A DNA stretch of 64,000 bases from Myxococcota bacterium (GCA_963674735.2 CAXXQS010000001.1:736001-800000); one strand, 5' to 3'. Counted from the stretch's first letter, positions 20,269-31,740 are shown. Program-made: numbers and translations. Notes: a model not told the origin generated them from the sequence alone.

Positions 20269-20826
20269 ATGACTATCCTTACTCGCTTCATGAACAAACT
20301 GAAACCGATTCTCTCGCGGCGCTTTTTGAAATTCTGTACCGTCGGGGTTAGCGGTGTTGTCGTAAATCTGGGCTTTCTCTGGATTTTCGCGGATCTGTTC
20401 AGGATTCACACCAACCTGGCCTCGGCTTTGGCTATCGAATTGTCCGTTCTGTCGAATTTCGCGATCAACGAGGCCTGGACTTTCCGTGACCGTCGCAACG
20501 GGAATGCCGGATGGCGCGCGGTGCGCTTCAATCTGGTATCGCTGGTCGGTGCGGCGATGCAGTGGTCGATTTTCGTGGCCTTGAATCTGTCGTGGTTCGT
20601 GTGGCTTGGCGCTTCCGATGTGATCGCCGAGTACATTGGCCAAGTGTCTGAGGGAGGCTGGCTCGCGCATGTCGTGCATGCCGTCACCCAGCCGCCCGAA
20701 GTGGGTGAATGGAAGTACCTGTCGCAGCTGATCGGTATCGGTGCGGCGACATTCTGGAATTTCTTGGTGAATTTCTACTGGACCTGGCGTGCGCCCGATG
20801 TTTCGGTGCATCGCCCGTCAACCTAA
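20269..20826 (+). CDS. GtrA family membrane protein
   Basis: FLKFCTVGVSGVVVN, NFAINEAWTF and NFLVNFYWTW motifs. Confidence 0.85.
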   Translation: MTILTRFMNKLKPILSRRFLKFCTVGVSGVVVNLGFLWIFADLFRIHTNLASALAIELSVLSNFAINEAWTFRDRRNGNAGWRAVRFNLVSLVGAAMQWSIFVALNLSWFVWLGASDVIAEYIGQVSEGGWLAHVVHAVTQPPEVGEWKYLSQLIGIGAATFWNFLVNFYWTWRAPDVSVHRPST

Positions 20827-20841
20827 AAAAAGGAGGCGACC

Positions 20842-21561
20842 ATGACCGAAGCCCGTTTAGGGAACGGCGCCTTGATTTGCATTCCCACCTACAACGAAAA
20901 AGAGAACGTGCCGCGCATCGTCCCGGCCGTTTTGGAAGAAGTCCCGGAAGCGCATATCCTGATCATTGATGATAACTCGCCCGACGGCACCGGCGAAGCG
21001 GCGGAGAAATTGGCCGCCACCGATGACCGGGTGCACGTTTTGCACCGAAACGCGAAAGAAGGACTGGGCCGCGCTTATATCGATGGTTTCAAGTGGGGCT
21101 TGGCGCGCGGCTACCGCAAGTTCTTCGAGTTCGACGCCGATTTCTCGCATAATCCCGTCTATCTTCCCGGATTTATGGAGATCCTGGAAGACGCCGACGT
21201 GGTGATCGGCTCGCGTCGGATTCCCGGCGGCGAAGTGGAAGATTGGGGGCCGTTGCGGCGATTGATCTCCTGGGGCGGCAGCAAGTATGCCCGTATGGTG
21301 CTCGGCGTTCCGGTGAACGACCTGACCGGCGGCTTCAACGGCTTCCATGACTACGTCCTGCGGAAATTGGACCTCGACCAGTTTCAGACCAACGGCTTCG
21401 GTTTTCAGATCGAAGTGAAATACCGTAGTTCGAAAGCCGGGTTCAAGGTGGTGGAATCTCCGATTACCTTCCCCAATCGCCTCTACGGCGAATCGAAGAT
21501 GTCGAAGCGTATCTTCTTCGAGGCGCTGGTCAACGTCTGGCGTCTGCGCTTCGGAAAGTAA
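20842..21561 (+). CDS. Polyprenol-phosphate mannose synthase (GT2, Ppm1/Dpm1-like)
   Basis: IPTYNE, DDNSPDGT, DADFSH, DLTGGF and GESKMS motifs. Confidence 0.9.
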   Translation: MTEARLGNGALICIPTYNEKENVPRIVPAVLEEVPEAHILIIDDNSPDGTGEAAEKLAATDDRVHVLHRNAKEGLGRAYIDGFKWGLARGYRKFFEFDADFSHNPVYLPGFMEILEDADVVIGSRRIPGGEVEDWGPLRRLISWGGSKYARMVLGVPVNDLTGGFNGFHDYVLRKLDLDQFQTNGFGFQIEVKYRSSKAGFKVVESPITFPNRLYGESKMSKRIFFEALVNVWRLRFGK

Positions 21562-21770
21562 TTTCAACGTATCCGCCCCCACTCGTCGATGCTTCCGGCG
21601 AGTGATCCAGATTGTCTTGGTTTCGCCCACGATTGCCGCTATACTCACATGCAGGCGAAATTTCGCCCGATGCGGCTCGCACCGTATCCGACTCTCTGAA
21701 GAAGCAAAATTCTCGTTTGGCAAGCGTTTCAGCCGAGGTGCAGACCATGCGATCAGGAGTGCGTGTTAGC

Positions 21771-21956
21771 ATGAACGCGACGATTCTTATCTGCTCGTTC
21801 ATTCTCGCACTTCTCGGCGGATGCCAATCATCCGGCAACCTGGCCCACCGCATCCACGTCTACCCCATTTGCAAACGTACTGGCCATCATGCCGAAAATC
21901 ACACACGAAAATCGGACTTTGTATTTGTATTTTTGAATCGAAACCAGTTATACTAA
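21771..21956 (+). CDS. Small putative lipoprotein or truncated remnant
   Basis: AGGAG RBS; MNATILICSFILALLGGC lipobox followed by only about 43 aa. Confidence 0.3.
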   Translation: MNATILICSFILALLGGCQSSGNLAHRIHVYPICKRTGHHAENHTRKSDFVFVFLNRNQLY

Positions 21957-22020
21957 ATATTCGGTCAACGGATTGGGTGATCGTGAAGGTGATGTCTCTT
22001 TGTCGGATCGGAGGTCGAAC

Positions 22021-22725
22021 ATGTCGCAGCTCACAACCAAAAGCCTCAGTTGGCTGTCGGTCCTATTCGGTCGTGGGAAAACGCAATCCCCCGCCGCGTT
22101 ACATCTGCAATTCGTCAAGATGCTCGACATCGCCGCCGAAATGTACACCAGCGTGCTGACGGCAATTCTGGACGCAAAGCCCGATGCCCCCGATATCACC
22201 GAGCGGATCGAGCAGCTCGACGACCAACTGGCCGATCTCGAACAGGACATCCGCCGCGATATTCTGGTGGCGTTGTCGGCCAGTGACAATGTGGCGCAGG
22301 ATATCACCGGTATGTTGTCGCTTTTGCGTCTGGTTACCGATGCCGAGCGCCTCGGCGACTTCTGCAAAAACATCTACCGCGTCTTCGTGCGTGAGTCTTT
22401 CAATCTGAATGACGATCAGCGGGCGATTCTCAGAACGCAGCACGCCTGGCTCGTGCCGGCCTTCGCTCAACTCAAGCAGGCGCTGCTTGAGCAGGAGGCG
22501 GATCTTGCCAAGGCCATTACCAAACAGGCGCGGGAATACATCCGAGTTTGTGGCCGGATCGTCGATGAGCTGATCGCCGACCAGACCATCAGCGTGAATC
22601 CCGTTGCGGCTGCGTTGGTTTTCCGCTTGCACAAACGGCTGCTGTCACACTTCAGCCATATTTCGTTGGCGGTTTTCATGCCGTACGACGATAGCTCGAT
22701 CGATTTCGACCAGATCGGCGTGTAA
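22021..22725 (+). CDS. PhoU-domain protein
   Basis: GGAGG RBS; EQDIRR and DAERLGDFCKNI helical-bundle motifs. Confidence 0.8.
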   Translation: MSQLTTKSLSWLSVLFGRGKTQSPAALHLQFVKMLDIAAEMYTSVLTAILDAKPDAPDITERIEQLDDQLADLEQDIRRDILVALSASDNVAQDITGMLSLLRLVTDAERLGDFCKNIYRVFVRESFNLNDDQRAILRTQHAWLVPAFAQLKQALLEQEADLAKAITKQAREYIRVCGRIVDELIADQTISVNPVAAALVFRLHKRLLSHFSHISLAVFMPYDDSSIDFDQIGV

Positions 22726-22779
22726 TCGTTTTTGATTGGAGAAGCGGGCGCGTATGGAGTTACGCACCCGATTTGACAA

Positions 22780-23853
<1,074 letters not shown>

Positions 23854-23932
23854 CTAGCATAACGCCGGGGGGCGTTGGATGCAAGGAAAATTGAAATGAT
23901 TCCGTGGCGAAATTCACGACATGAGATGTTTT

Positions 23933-26704
23933 TCAAGGTCGTTGCGGCGGATTCGGGCCCAGGGTTTGTTTGAGCTTGTACACCCGTTCGAGAACCGTGT
24001 CGTCATCTGCAAAACGCCGGGCTATCTGATCTAGAACATTCCGAGATTCCTCGTGTTTTCCCAATTTAGCCAGCATCTCACTCACCCGTAACAACGGATC
24101 GGGATGAGCGGGATTCAATTTGCGCGCCGCTAAAAACTGTCCCAGGGCGTCGTTAAGTCGATTAACCGAGATATAGCGGGCCGCCAGCTCCATGCGTGCA
24201 GTGAAAGCACCGGGTCGATCGCGAACGGCTTCTTCGGCTTTGGCCAGCGCCAGCCGAACTGATGAGGGAATGTCCTGGGGGCCCTTGGAACCCGGTTCTT
24301 CAAATTCCTCCAAACTCTCCCTTTCTTGCACGCAAGCGGTCGCGGCTTGAGTGAAGGCTTCGCTGTCGATGGGTTGATTGTCGGATCGGCGCACCCAGTC
24401 AAGGGCCAGGGCCAGCAGCGCGGGTTCATCGATTCGTTTTTGCGTAGCGCCGAAAGGTTCCAGCAAACGATAGACGGCGGCCGTTTCATCGTGTTGAAAA
24501 CGCCAGGGTTCTTCGGGAGAATAGCCGAATTTCAACGATGCGTCCCACCGTTCTTCCGGATAGTCGTCGATGGCGAGACTGTCGCGTTGGGCCAGACGAT
24601 ATAGCGGAGCGTCTTTGTAAAGGCGCAGTTTGGTGAAAATGGCTCCGGCGCGAAAACGCGAGAAGTCTGTTTCTTTCAGAACGGCGCGGTTGATCTCCAA
24701 ATCGGCGAGCGTTGTCCAAGGCGTGAACAGAATGAACCCGCTGGCGCCGTGGCTATGGGACAACGCGCTTGGAAAGGCTTTGGCGAGGTCATCGAGCAAC
24801 GTGATGGCCTGCCGGTTGTCTTGGACGGTGACGCCCTTATTGAAGCGATCGAGCTCCGGTTGTGAGAAATTCTCGAAACCGAGGCAAAAAAGGTCGAGGC
24901 GATGGCGAACGGCTTTCGCCTTTTCGAGGAGTTTGCGGAGAAGCTCGCCATGAGCCAAAACGTCCGGGACGCGCAGATCGAGTTGCCAAGTGACATTACT
25001 TACCCCCTCTTGTTCGGCGAAATCAAGCAGGTAAGGCATGGCCGGCAAGACCGCTTGGTCCAGAATCCGTGCGCTTCTGGGACCATCGGTATAGGCGAGC
25101 AGATCGCGGACCTGATGAATCAGCGAGGCCGCTTGCCGTTTGGCTGACACGGGCCGCCACCAGGGTGTGCGTCCGGTGCAATAACTGCAGCCTTTGACAA
25201 AAGGTGTTCGATCGGTCTCCAGACCGGCAAAGGCCGGGTTTTGTTTGCACGGGGTCTGATAGGGACAGCCTGGTCGCGCCATGATTTCCTGGGTAGCGGG
25301 CAGACGCGTGACGTTGGGATTGAGGCGAGTCGGCGACACGCGCAGGTTGAGCGGATGCGTCGGATCGACCATCAGATCCGGGCTTGCGTCGGAATCGAAG
25401 CCCTCCCATACCGACCCCTCCACTTCGCCGTCCCGTACCGGCTTCAGCCAGTTCGGTGGTGTGTCTGCCGCGATTCCCAGCACTGTGTGAATGAAGCGGG
25501 CGCGGTCGAGTACGGGCAGCATGTGGGTGATGCCGAAGGCGCGCGAGGGCGTAGCCGTGTCGATCAGGATGCGTGGAAGATCCGGGAAGCGTTGGGCCAG
25601 ACTGGCAAGCAATTTACGCGGGAACGTGCGGAAGAAATAAACCTGGGTCACCTCTTCTTTCACGATCCGTTCCAAAAAGTCGGTAATCATTTGCTCTTCG
25701 AGATCCGTTTGACCCAGCGGATGATGATATTCCAAATATTGCAAACGAATGCCGTTTTCCGTGAGGTCGCCTGCATACAGTCGGGGAAAAAATCCCGACA
25801 GCATCTGCTCGTGCTCGTTGGGATAGGTTTCCAAAAGCAGCACAGACGGTTTTTGACGGAAAGGGTGGGGCTGTTGTGGAGTGATCCATAACGGTTTCAC
25901 CGGATGATCGGCCGGGTGGACCGTCCAGGCTTCGCCATTTTCGGGTTCGAAGTTCCAGGCGCTGTTCGCCTCGCGTTTCAGGAGTCCGGGAATCGAAAAA
26001 CGGGCCAGCCATGCGGAGTCGAGCCGCTGGCTTTCGTTGTCGGTCAGATGAAGCGATTGAACGCGGAATTCATTGGGAGAAATGGCGTTTCCATCAAGCC
26101 GCAGGTAATGGCTATCGTCCAGGTAGAAAACCGGCCGATGCAAGCAGACGTCGATTTCGTCCGCCCAGCGCGGGTCGAGCTGACGGGCGGTGCGGCGCAC
26201 CTGTTCGGCGATCGTTTGGGATGCGGAGCAATTGAGCGAACAGGGCGTGTGTTGCAACCAAGTGGGTGAGCTTCGTCCTAGAAGCAGCACCTGCGGATCG
26301 ATGCGGCCTTGGGTGGCGTGATAAGCCGCGCGTAAGAGGTAGCTGTCGCGATGGGAGCGCAGGCGCAGGTAGGCCTCGACGCAGCAGCTTGGATATCCCA
26401 ACAACATCGCCAGTTCACGTGTTGTGTTATCCGCCTCGCCGCCATCGAGCAGCAACAGCCGCTCTTGTACGTAAAGGGCCTCGGCGCGTTGCCGTTCGTC
26501 GTCGGTTGCGCCGACGATAAGGATGGCTTCCCGATCGCCGCGATCGAAACGTCGATTGGTTTCTTGTGCGAGTGGCTGCGCCGCAAATCCGCTTTCGATA
26601 AACCATTGTCCGGCCGCTTTGAGGTCGTCGGGAGCGCAGCGCACCAGCGCGGCGCGTTTGACACCCGCTTTTAGCTGCAACCATTCATTGCGATAGCGTT
26701 CCAT
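23933..26704 (-). CDS. Multidomain radical SAM-like protein (DUF483-like N-terminus, split Cys motif, C-terminal TPR)
   Basis: LGYPSCC and HTPCSLNC; GCPY...GCSYC; GFENFS...LDRFNKG; GFILFTPWTT; TPR tail. Confidence 0.75.
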   Translation of the reverse strand: MERYRNEWLQLKAGVKRAALVRCAPDDLKAAGQWFIESGFAAQPLAQETNRRFDRGDREAILIVGATDDERQRAEALYVQERLLLLDGGEADNTTRELAMLLGYPSCCVEAYLRLRSHRDSYLLRAAYHATQGRIDPQVLLLGRSSPTWLQHTPCSLNCSASQTIAEQVRRTARQLDPRWADEIDVCLHRPVFYLDDSHYLRLDGNAISPNEFRVQSLHLTDNESQRLDSAWLARFSIPGLLKREANSAWNFEPENGEAWTVHPADHPVKPLWITPQQPHPFRQKPSVLLLETYPNEHEQMLSGFFPRLYAGDLTENGIRLQYLEYHHPLGQTDLEEQMITDFLERIVKEEVTQVYFFRTFPRKLLASLAQRFPDLPRILIDTATPSRAFGITHMLPVLDRARFIHTVLGIAADTPPNWLKPVRDGEVEGSVWEGFDSDASPDLMVDPTHPLNLRVSPTRLNPNVTRLPATQEIMARPGCPYQTPCKQNPAFAGLETDRTPFVKGCSYCTGRTPWWRPVSAKRQAASLIHQVRDLLAYTDGPRSARILDQAVLPAMPYLLDFAEQEGVSNVTWQLDLRVPDVLAHGELLRKLLEKAKAVRHRLDLFCLGFENFSQPELDRFNKGVTVQDNRQAITLLDDLAKAFPSALSHSHGASGFILFTPWTTLADLEINRAVLKETDFSRFRAGAIFTKLRLYKDAPLYRLAQRDSLAIDDYPEERWDASLKFGYSPEEPWRFQHDETAAVYRLLEPFGATQKRIDEPALLALALDWVRRSDNQPIDSEAFTQAATACVQERESLEEFEEPGSKGPQDIPSSVRLALAKAEEAVRDRPGAFTARMELAARYISVNRLNDALGQFLAARKLNPAHPDPLLRVSEMLAKLGKHEESRNVLDQIARRFADDDTVLERVYKLKQTLGPNPPQRP

Positions 26705-26919
26705 TTATTCTCCACGGAGTTTCACACCCCGGTTTTCCGAATAGAATCTCTCCCGCGATTATGAACCAGTCTCTTTCTGTGCGCAAGTCGATTGGATCTG
26801 GGTGACGGTGCCTGTTGTTATCGGAGCGCTATGGCTTGACAAGGCTTGAGAAACCATGATAACTGGAAGTAATGTCGATGTTGGGAATAACGTATAATCA
26901 TTGTATCAGGAGGAATACC

Positions 26920-27507
26920 ATGGGGAAAACGTGTTGCGGTTTGGTTCTCGTGACTCTGCTCCTGCTGACGGCGGCTATGGCTTTTGCCGGAGAGCGGGAA
27001 GACGCAAAAGCGGAATTGGCTCGGCTGGAAAAAGTGAAGGAGTATACCAAAAACTCGATCATCCCCTTGATTAACTGCTACGCTTCCCATCAGCCGCAAT
27101 TGCAATTTCTCAACGGAGATTTTCCCAATGCCGGACGGGAACACGTCTCCAAGATGGATTACTGCACGACGGCTTATCCCGAGCAAGTCGCCGGTGAACC
27201 GAAGCTGATGCAGATCAAACAGAAAGTGATCGGTCTGCTGCAACAGGACATCCAACTCGGCAGGCAGTATATCGATGGTTGGGATGCCTACAATGCTTTG
27301 GCCGCCCAGTATGCGAGCAAGTCGAAAAAGAAAAAAGAAGCGATCAAGGCTCAGATGGATGAGCAGAAAACCAAGCTCGAATCGATGAAGCAGGAACTGT
27401 ACAAGCACGCCACCGATTTTCAGGAGACTCAGAAAGACTACAAGGCTTTTCAGCAAGACCTGATCAAGCGGTATGTCGAAGCGCGCGATAAAGCGAACAA
27501 AAAATAG
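26920..27507 (+). CDS. Secreted coiled-coil hypothetical protein
   Basis: AGGAGG RBS; signal peptide (AFA-G); Lys/Glu-rich helices. Confidence 0.75.
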   Translation: MGKTCCGLVLVTLLLLTAAMAFAGEREDAKAELARLEKVKEYTKNSIIPLINCYASHQPQLQFLNGDFPNAGREHVSKMDYCTTAYPEQVAGEPKLMQIKQKVIGLLQQDIQLGRQYIDGWDAYNALAAQYASKSKKKKEAIKAQMDEQKTKLESMKQELYKHATDFQETQKDYKAFQQDLIKRYVEARDKANKK

Positions 27508-27831
27508 CCTTTCCCTATACGCCGGCTCGGCTTCGTTATTCGGAAAACGATACCTGGATAGCGAATCTGCAGTCGGCGGTTTTGTGTCCGGTGGCGGCCG
27601 GTGTGGGCTCGTTCAATTGCTTCGGCGGGCTTTCACAGAGCAAAAAGAAACTCTGCGCGATTGGATAAATTCGCGAGATATAACGGAAAAATCTTGTCAG
27701 ACCCTTTCCCCTTGCCTATACTGGTTGCGATGTAATAGTGAAATCCGAATGATCGTGACGTACGGGACTGACAAGGCGGGGCGTGTCTGAGTGTCTTTCA
27801 GCGCTTGCCGCCAAACGGTTGGAGCACAAGC

Positions 27832-28152
27832 ATGGGTGAATACAAAGACCGCCTCTATCCGCGAGTCGAGGTTTCGGTGACGGTTGACATCAACGCCGAA
27901 GACGTGCTGCTTTACCACCGCATCGAGAACATCAGTCTGGGTGGGGTCTGCGTTAAGACGTCCTCCCTGGAGCCCGTGGGCAGTCGTGTGGAAGTGGTGG
28001 TGAATATGCCGGATTCGCAAGACGAGTTGGAGGTGATGGGAGAGGTCGTGTGGACCTCCGATCAGCCGGACTCGAAGATGGGCATCCGCTTTCTCGACAT
28101 GAACGACACGGTCAAGGAAACATTGCGCACCTTCCTCTACAAACAACAATAA
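27832..28152 (+). CDS. PilZ-domain protein
   Basis: RxxxR (RLYPR) and NISLGG motifs, GEVVW, MGIRF. Confidence 0.9.
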   Translation: MGEYKDRLYPRVEVSVTVDINAEDVLLYHRIENISLGGVCVKTSSLEPVGSRVEVVVNMPDSQDELEVMGEVVWTSDQPDSKMGIRFLDMNDTVKETLRTFLYKQQ

Positions 28153-28207
28153 AGTATCGGATTACCATTACGATGAGCGGGAAAGACCGACACGATGGGC
28201 CGCAAAC

Positions 28208-28636
28208 GTGACTACGACCATGGACCCAATCCTGGAGAAACAACTGATTGTCCAGGCGCGCCAGGCAAGCCGGCGGGCGTACGCACCGTACTCGGGATTT
28301 GCCGTCGGGGCGGCCCTCTTGGCCGTCGACGGGAGCATTTTCAGCGGCTGCAACGTCGAAAACGCTTCGTACGGGGCGACGATTTGCGCGGAACGTGCGG
28401 CGGTGACGGCGGCCGTGGGAGCGGGAGCGACCCGCTTCACGGCGATTGCCATCTACACGCCCACGGACAGCCCGACCCCGCCCTGCGGGATCTGCCGCCA
28501 GGTACTGATGGAGTTCGGGCCCGAGATGACCGTGATCTGCGTGGCCAAGAAGGGTCGCAAAACCCGGCAAACGCTGAAGGAACTGCTCCCGGCGGCCTTT
28601 TCCGTCCGGGATCTACCCAAACCTCCCAAACGCTGA
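28208..28636 (+). CDS. cdd: Cytidine deaminase
   Basis: AYAPYS, NVENASYG, CAER and PCGICRQ motifs. Confidence 0.95.
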   Translation: MTTTMDPILEKQLIVQARQASRRAYAPYSGFAVGAALLAVDGSIFSGCNVENASYGATICAERAAVTAAVGAGATRFTAIAIYTPTDSPTPPCGICRQVLMEFGPEMTVICVAKKGRKTRQTLKELLPAAFSVRDLPKPPKR

Positions 28637-29952
28637 GGCTGATCAACGGCCGCATCCTCGCCGCTCCCGGCGAAAGCGATCCCATCGAGGGCGACATCCT
28701 GATCCGGAACGGCGAAATCGTGGCCATCGGTGACGCGTCATCGGAAGCGCTGGTCGGAGCCGAAGTGATCGATTGTGCGGGCGGACTGGTGTTGCCGGGA
28801 TTCGTGCAGGCCCACGTGCACATGGCGCAGACGCTCTTTCGTGGTTTGGGCGAGGGTCTTGAACTACTCGAATGGCTGTCCCAGCGGATTTTGCCGCTCG
28901 AAGCCGCCCATGACGCCGATACGCTTTATGCCTCGGCGCGCTTGGGTTTGGCGGAACTGATACTCGGCGGGCATACCGCACTGCTCGACTTCGGTTCCGT
29001 TGTGCACATGGAGGCAATTTTCGAAGCGGCGCGCGATATGGGGATTCGGCTGACGTCCGGCAAGATCATGATGGACCAGGGCAAGGCCACGCCCGCTCCG
29101 CTTAAGGAAGATAGCCGCAGGGCGCTGGCGGGAGCGGAGAAGATCCTGGGCATCTATCACGGCAAGGAAAACGGTCGCCTGCGGGTGGCGTTGACACCGC
29201 GCTTTTTGTTGTCCTGCTCGCCGAAGTTGCTTGAGGCGTCGCTCAAACTGGCGGCGGAAGCCGACGTGCTGTGGCATACGCATATCGCCGAACAGATCCC
29301 CGAAATCCGCGCCGTGATGAAAGACACCGGCAAGCGCTCGCTGGAGTTGCTGGAGGATCTGGGGGCGGGCGAGGCGCGTTTGGCCCTGGCGCACATGGTG
29401 CATCTGACCGCCAAGGAAAAGCGCATCCTGAGCGGCTGGCGGGCGGGGGTCTTGCATTGTCCGCGCGCCAACAGCAAGCTCGGTTCCGGCGTGGCCAAGA
29501 TTCCCGAGTTTATCGAAAGCGGCGTGACGGTGGGGTTGGGCTCGGACGGCAGCGCCTGCAACAACCGCCTGGATATGTTCGAGGAAATGCGTGCGGCGGC
29601 GGCCCTGCAGGATCTCAATGCGGCTCCCGGTGCGTTGTCGGGTGGACGACTGCTGCAGATGGCCACCTCCGGCGGGGCGCGCGCGATCGGGATCGACGAT
29701 GTGGCCGGAACGCTCGATGTAGGCAAACGCGCCGATCTGATCGTGCTGGACACCAATCGTGTCGCTTCGGTATCGGGGGCGGAACCTTGCGACGCCGTGG
29801 CACATCATTTGGACGCTCGGGCGGTGAAGCTGGTGATGGTGGACGGCGTGATTCTGGCGGCGGACGGCAAGTTGCGGGTCGCCGATGAAGCGGAAATCGT
29901 GCGCGAGGCTGCGCGCGCCATCGAAACATTGAAACAACGGGCCTTTTCCTAG
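28633..29952 (+). CDS. Amidohydrolase (5'-deoxyadenosine/MTA-SAH deaminase-like); start codon uncertain
   Basis: PGFVQAHVH, HTHIAE, AHMVH, GSDG and GKRADL motifs; homology begins at LRLINGRIL (CTG at 28633). Confidence 0.85.
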   Translation: MRLINGRILAAPGESDPIEGDILIRNGEIVAIGDASSEALVGAEVIDCAGGLVLPGFVQAHVHMAQTLFRGLGEGLELLEWLSQRILPLEAAHDADTLYASARLGLAELILGGHTALLDFGSVVHMEAIFEAARDMGIRLTSGKIMMDQGKATPAPLKEDSRRALAGAEKILGIYHGKENGRLRVALTPRFLLSCSPKLLEASLKLAAEADVLWHTHIAEQIPEIRAVMKDTGKRSLELLEDLGAGEARLALAHMVHLTAKEKRILSGWRAGVLHCPRANSKLGSGVAKIPEFIESGVTVGLGSDGSACNNRLDMFEEMRAAAALQDLNAAPGALSGGRLLQMATSGGARAIGIDDVAGTLDVGKRADLIVLDTNRVASVSGAEPCDAVAHHLDARAVKLVMVDGVILAADGKLRVADEAEIVREAARAIETLKQRAFS

Positions 29953-29980
29953 GCCGTGACCGACTGCGAGGGAGTATCGA

Positions 29981-30532
29981 ATGCTGGATAAATATGAGGC
30001 CTTGTTGACGAAAGAGCAGATTGAAGAACGCATTCGGGAAATGGGGCGGCAGATCACCCAGGATTACCAGGGGAAGAGCATCCACTGCCTGTGCATCCTG
30101 AAGGGGGCCTTCATTTTCATGGCCGATTTGGTGCGCCACGTCGATGCGCCCATCACCTGCGATTTTCTCACCATCTCCAGCTATGGCGATCTCACCCATT
30201 CCACTGGCGTGGTCAAGCTGCTCACCGATCTGACCGTCCCCATCGACGGCCGCCACGTGCTGGTGGTGGAGGATATCGTCGAGACGGGCTTGACCTTGAA
30301 ATACCTGCTTGAGAACCTGCACACGCGTCAGCCCGCCAGCGTGCGCGTCTGCTCGCTTCTGCACAAGCCGGAAGGCAAGCAGGTGGAAGTGCCCATCGAC
30401 TACTGCGGTTTCGTCATCCCCAACAAGTTCGTCATCGGCTACGGATTGGACGACAAGCAGTACGAACGCAACCTGCCCTATATCGGCGTGGTTGATACGC
30501 CCGACGAGGACGCCGAAAACTCGGGGGCGTAA
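29981..30532 (+). CDS. hpt: Hypoxanthine phosphoribosyltransferase
   Basis: LKGAFIF, VVEDIVETGLT and FVIGYGLD motifs. Confidence 0.96.
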   Translation: MLDKYEALLTKEQIEERIREMGRQITQDYQGKSIHCLCILKGAFIFMADLVRHVDAPITCDFLTISSYGDLTHSTGVVKLLTDLTVPIDGRHVLVVEDIVETGLTLKYLLENLHTRQPASVRVCSLLHKPEGKQVEVPIDYCGFVIPNKFVIGYGLDDKQYERNLPYIGVVDTPDEDAENSGA

Positions 30533-30705
30533 CCCGCTCTTCGGCGATCCTTCACCCACATTCAAGCCGTAACACCCTGTTGCCGTAACAATTGACTCAC
30601 TATTGGGTTGACAGGGCGAGATGCGTCTGCATACTGGAAGAAGGGGTTTCGGAAGCCGCCTATCCCGGCTGGTGTCCGATACCAAATTAACAACGAGGAA
30701 TTTCA

Positions 30706-31740
30706 ATGGCGCGAATAACCCTAAACATTCTTATCTTGTGCATACTGGTTCTCGGAGCTTGTTCTTCGGGTGCTGGTGATGACGAACAAGATTGCGAAAT
30801 ATTTGCGCCTCAGCTTGATGAATCAATGTTGAGTCCTTGTTTTTATTGTTATTGGGGTGTCGCGGATATGCATGCCTGGGTTTCCAGAGGCGATGTGGAT
30901 GCCAAATGCCAGACGTCCGTCGATTGCGCCCGACATCTCCCGTTTTTGCAAAACTGTCTGGATCGGGAATGTCTGACCGACGATGTCGTTGTCTGCATGC
31001 AGGCGCGAAGCCCTTGGTTCGGCGGTTGCCGCCCGGTCGTGTACGAGGATGGCACGCTGGGCTGGACGGGCGATTGTCCGATGAATGGAGGCCGCATGCT
31101 GTGCGTAAACAATGACGATGCGCCCGACAACTGTTCGATGACCCAATTTTGTGGAGGCTGCTATTTCAGCAGTGCGACAATGGAAATGCAAAGTCAGCAT
31201 ACGGAATATGGAAGGCCTTCTCTGCTGCATCATCAAGCTCTAGACGCGAACTATTTCCGGTCGATTCAATACTTTCCCGCCGGGAATATAAGCAAGCTTT
31301 GGCCCTATGGCGGTGCTTACGCCTTTCCGGTAGGCGTGAACGAGCCGATCTGCGCGGATCTGGACTGTCGCATCTGCACGCCGGTGGATCCCTGCCCCGA
31401 TGGCCAGACTTGCGCGGCGCGCCATCGCGGCGCGGCCTCGGCCATGGCCTACGACGAAGAAAACTACCTCATCGGCTACTGCGTGAAGGATGCCAACGTC
31501 GGTTGCCTCAACCTCGAAGACTGCCCGGGCGATCCTTTCTGCAAGGGTCAGTATTGCGGCATCTCCTGGCGCGAAGGCGACGACGGACGCGAGGCCTATT
31601 CGACCTGTAAAACGCACGGCTACGATGCCAACTACTACACCTGCCAGCTCCTCGACCTCTACCCCGACTTGGTGAACGAGCACGTGGTCGTCTGCGACGG
31701 CTCCCCCGCCGCCAACGCCAAACCGGAATGCGCGGAGTGA
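30706..31740 (+). CDS. Cysteine-rich lipoprotein of unknown function
   Basis: LGAC lipobox; more than 20 Cys residues. Confidence 0.75.
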   Translation: MARITLNILILCILVLGACSSGAGDDEQDCEIFAPQLDESMLSPCFYCYWGVADMHAWVSRGDVDAKCQTSVDCARHLPFLQNCLDRECLTDDVVVCMQARSPWFGGCRPVVYEDGTLGWTGDCPMNGGRMLCVNNDDAPDNCSMTQFCGGCYFSSATMEMQSQHTEYGRPSLLHHQALDANYFRSIQYFPAGNISKLWPYGGAYAFPVGVNEPICADLDCRICTPVDPCPDGQTCAARHRGAASAMAYDEENYLIGYCVKDANVGCLNLEDCPGDPFCKGQYCGISWREGDDGREAYSTCKTHGYDANYYTCQLLDLYPDLVNEHVVVCDGSPAANAKPECAE

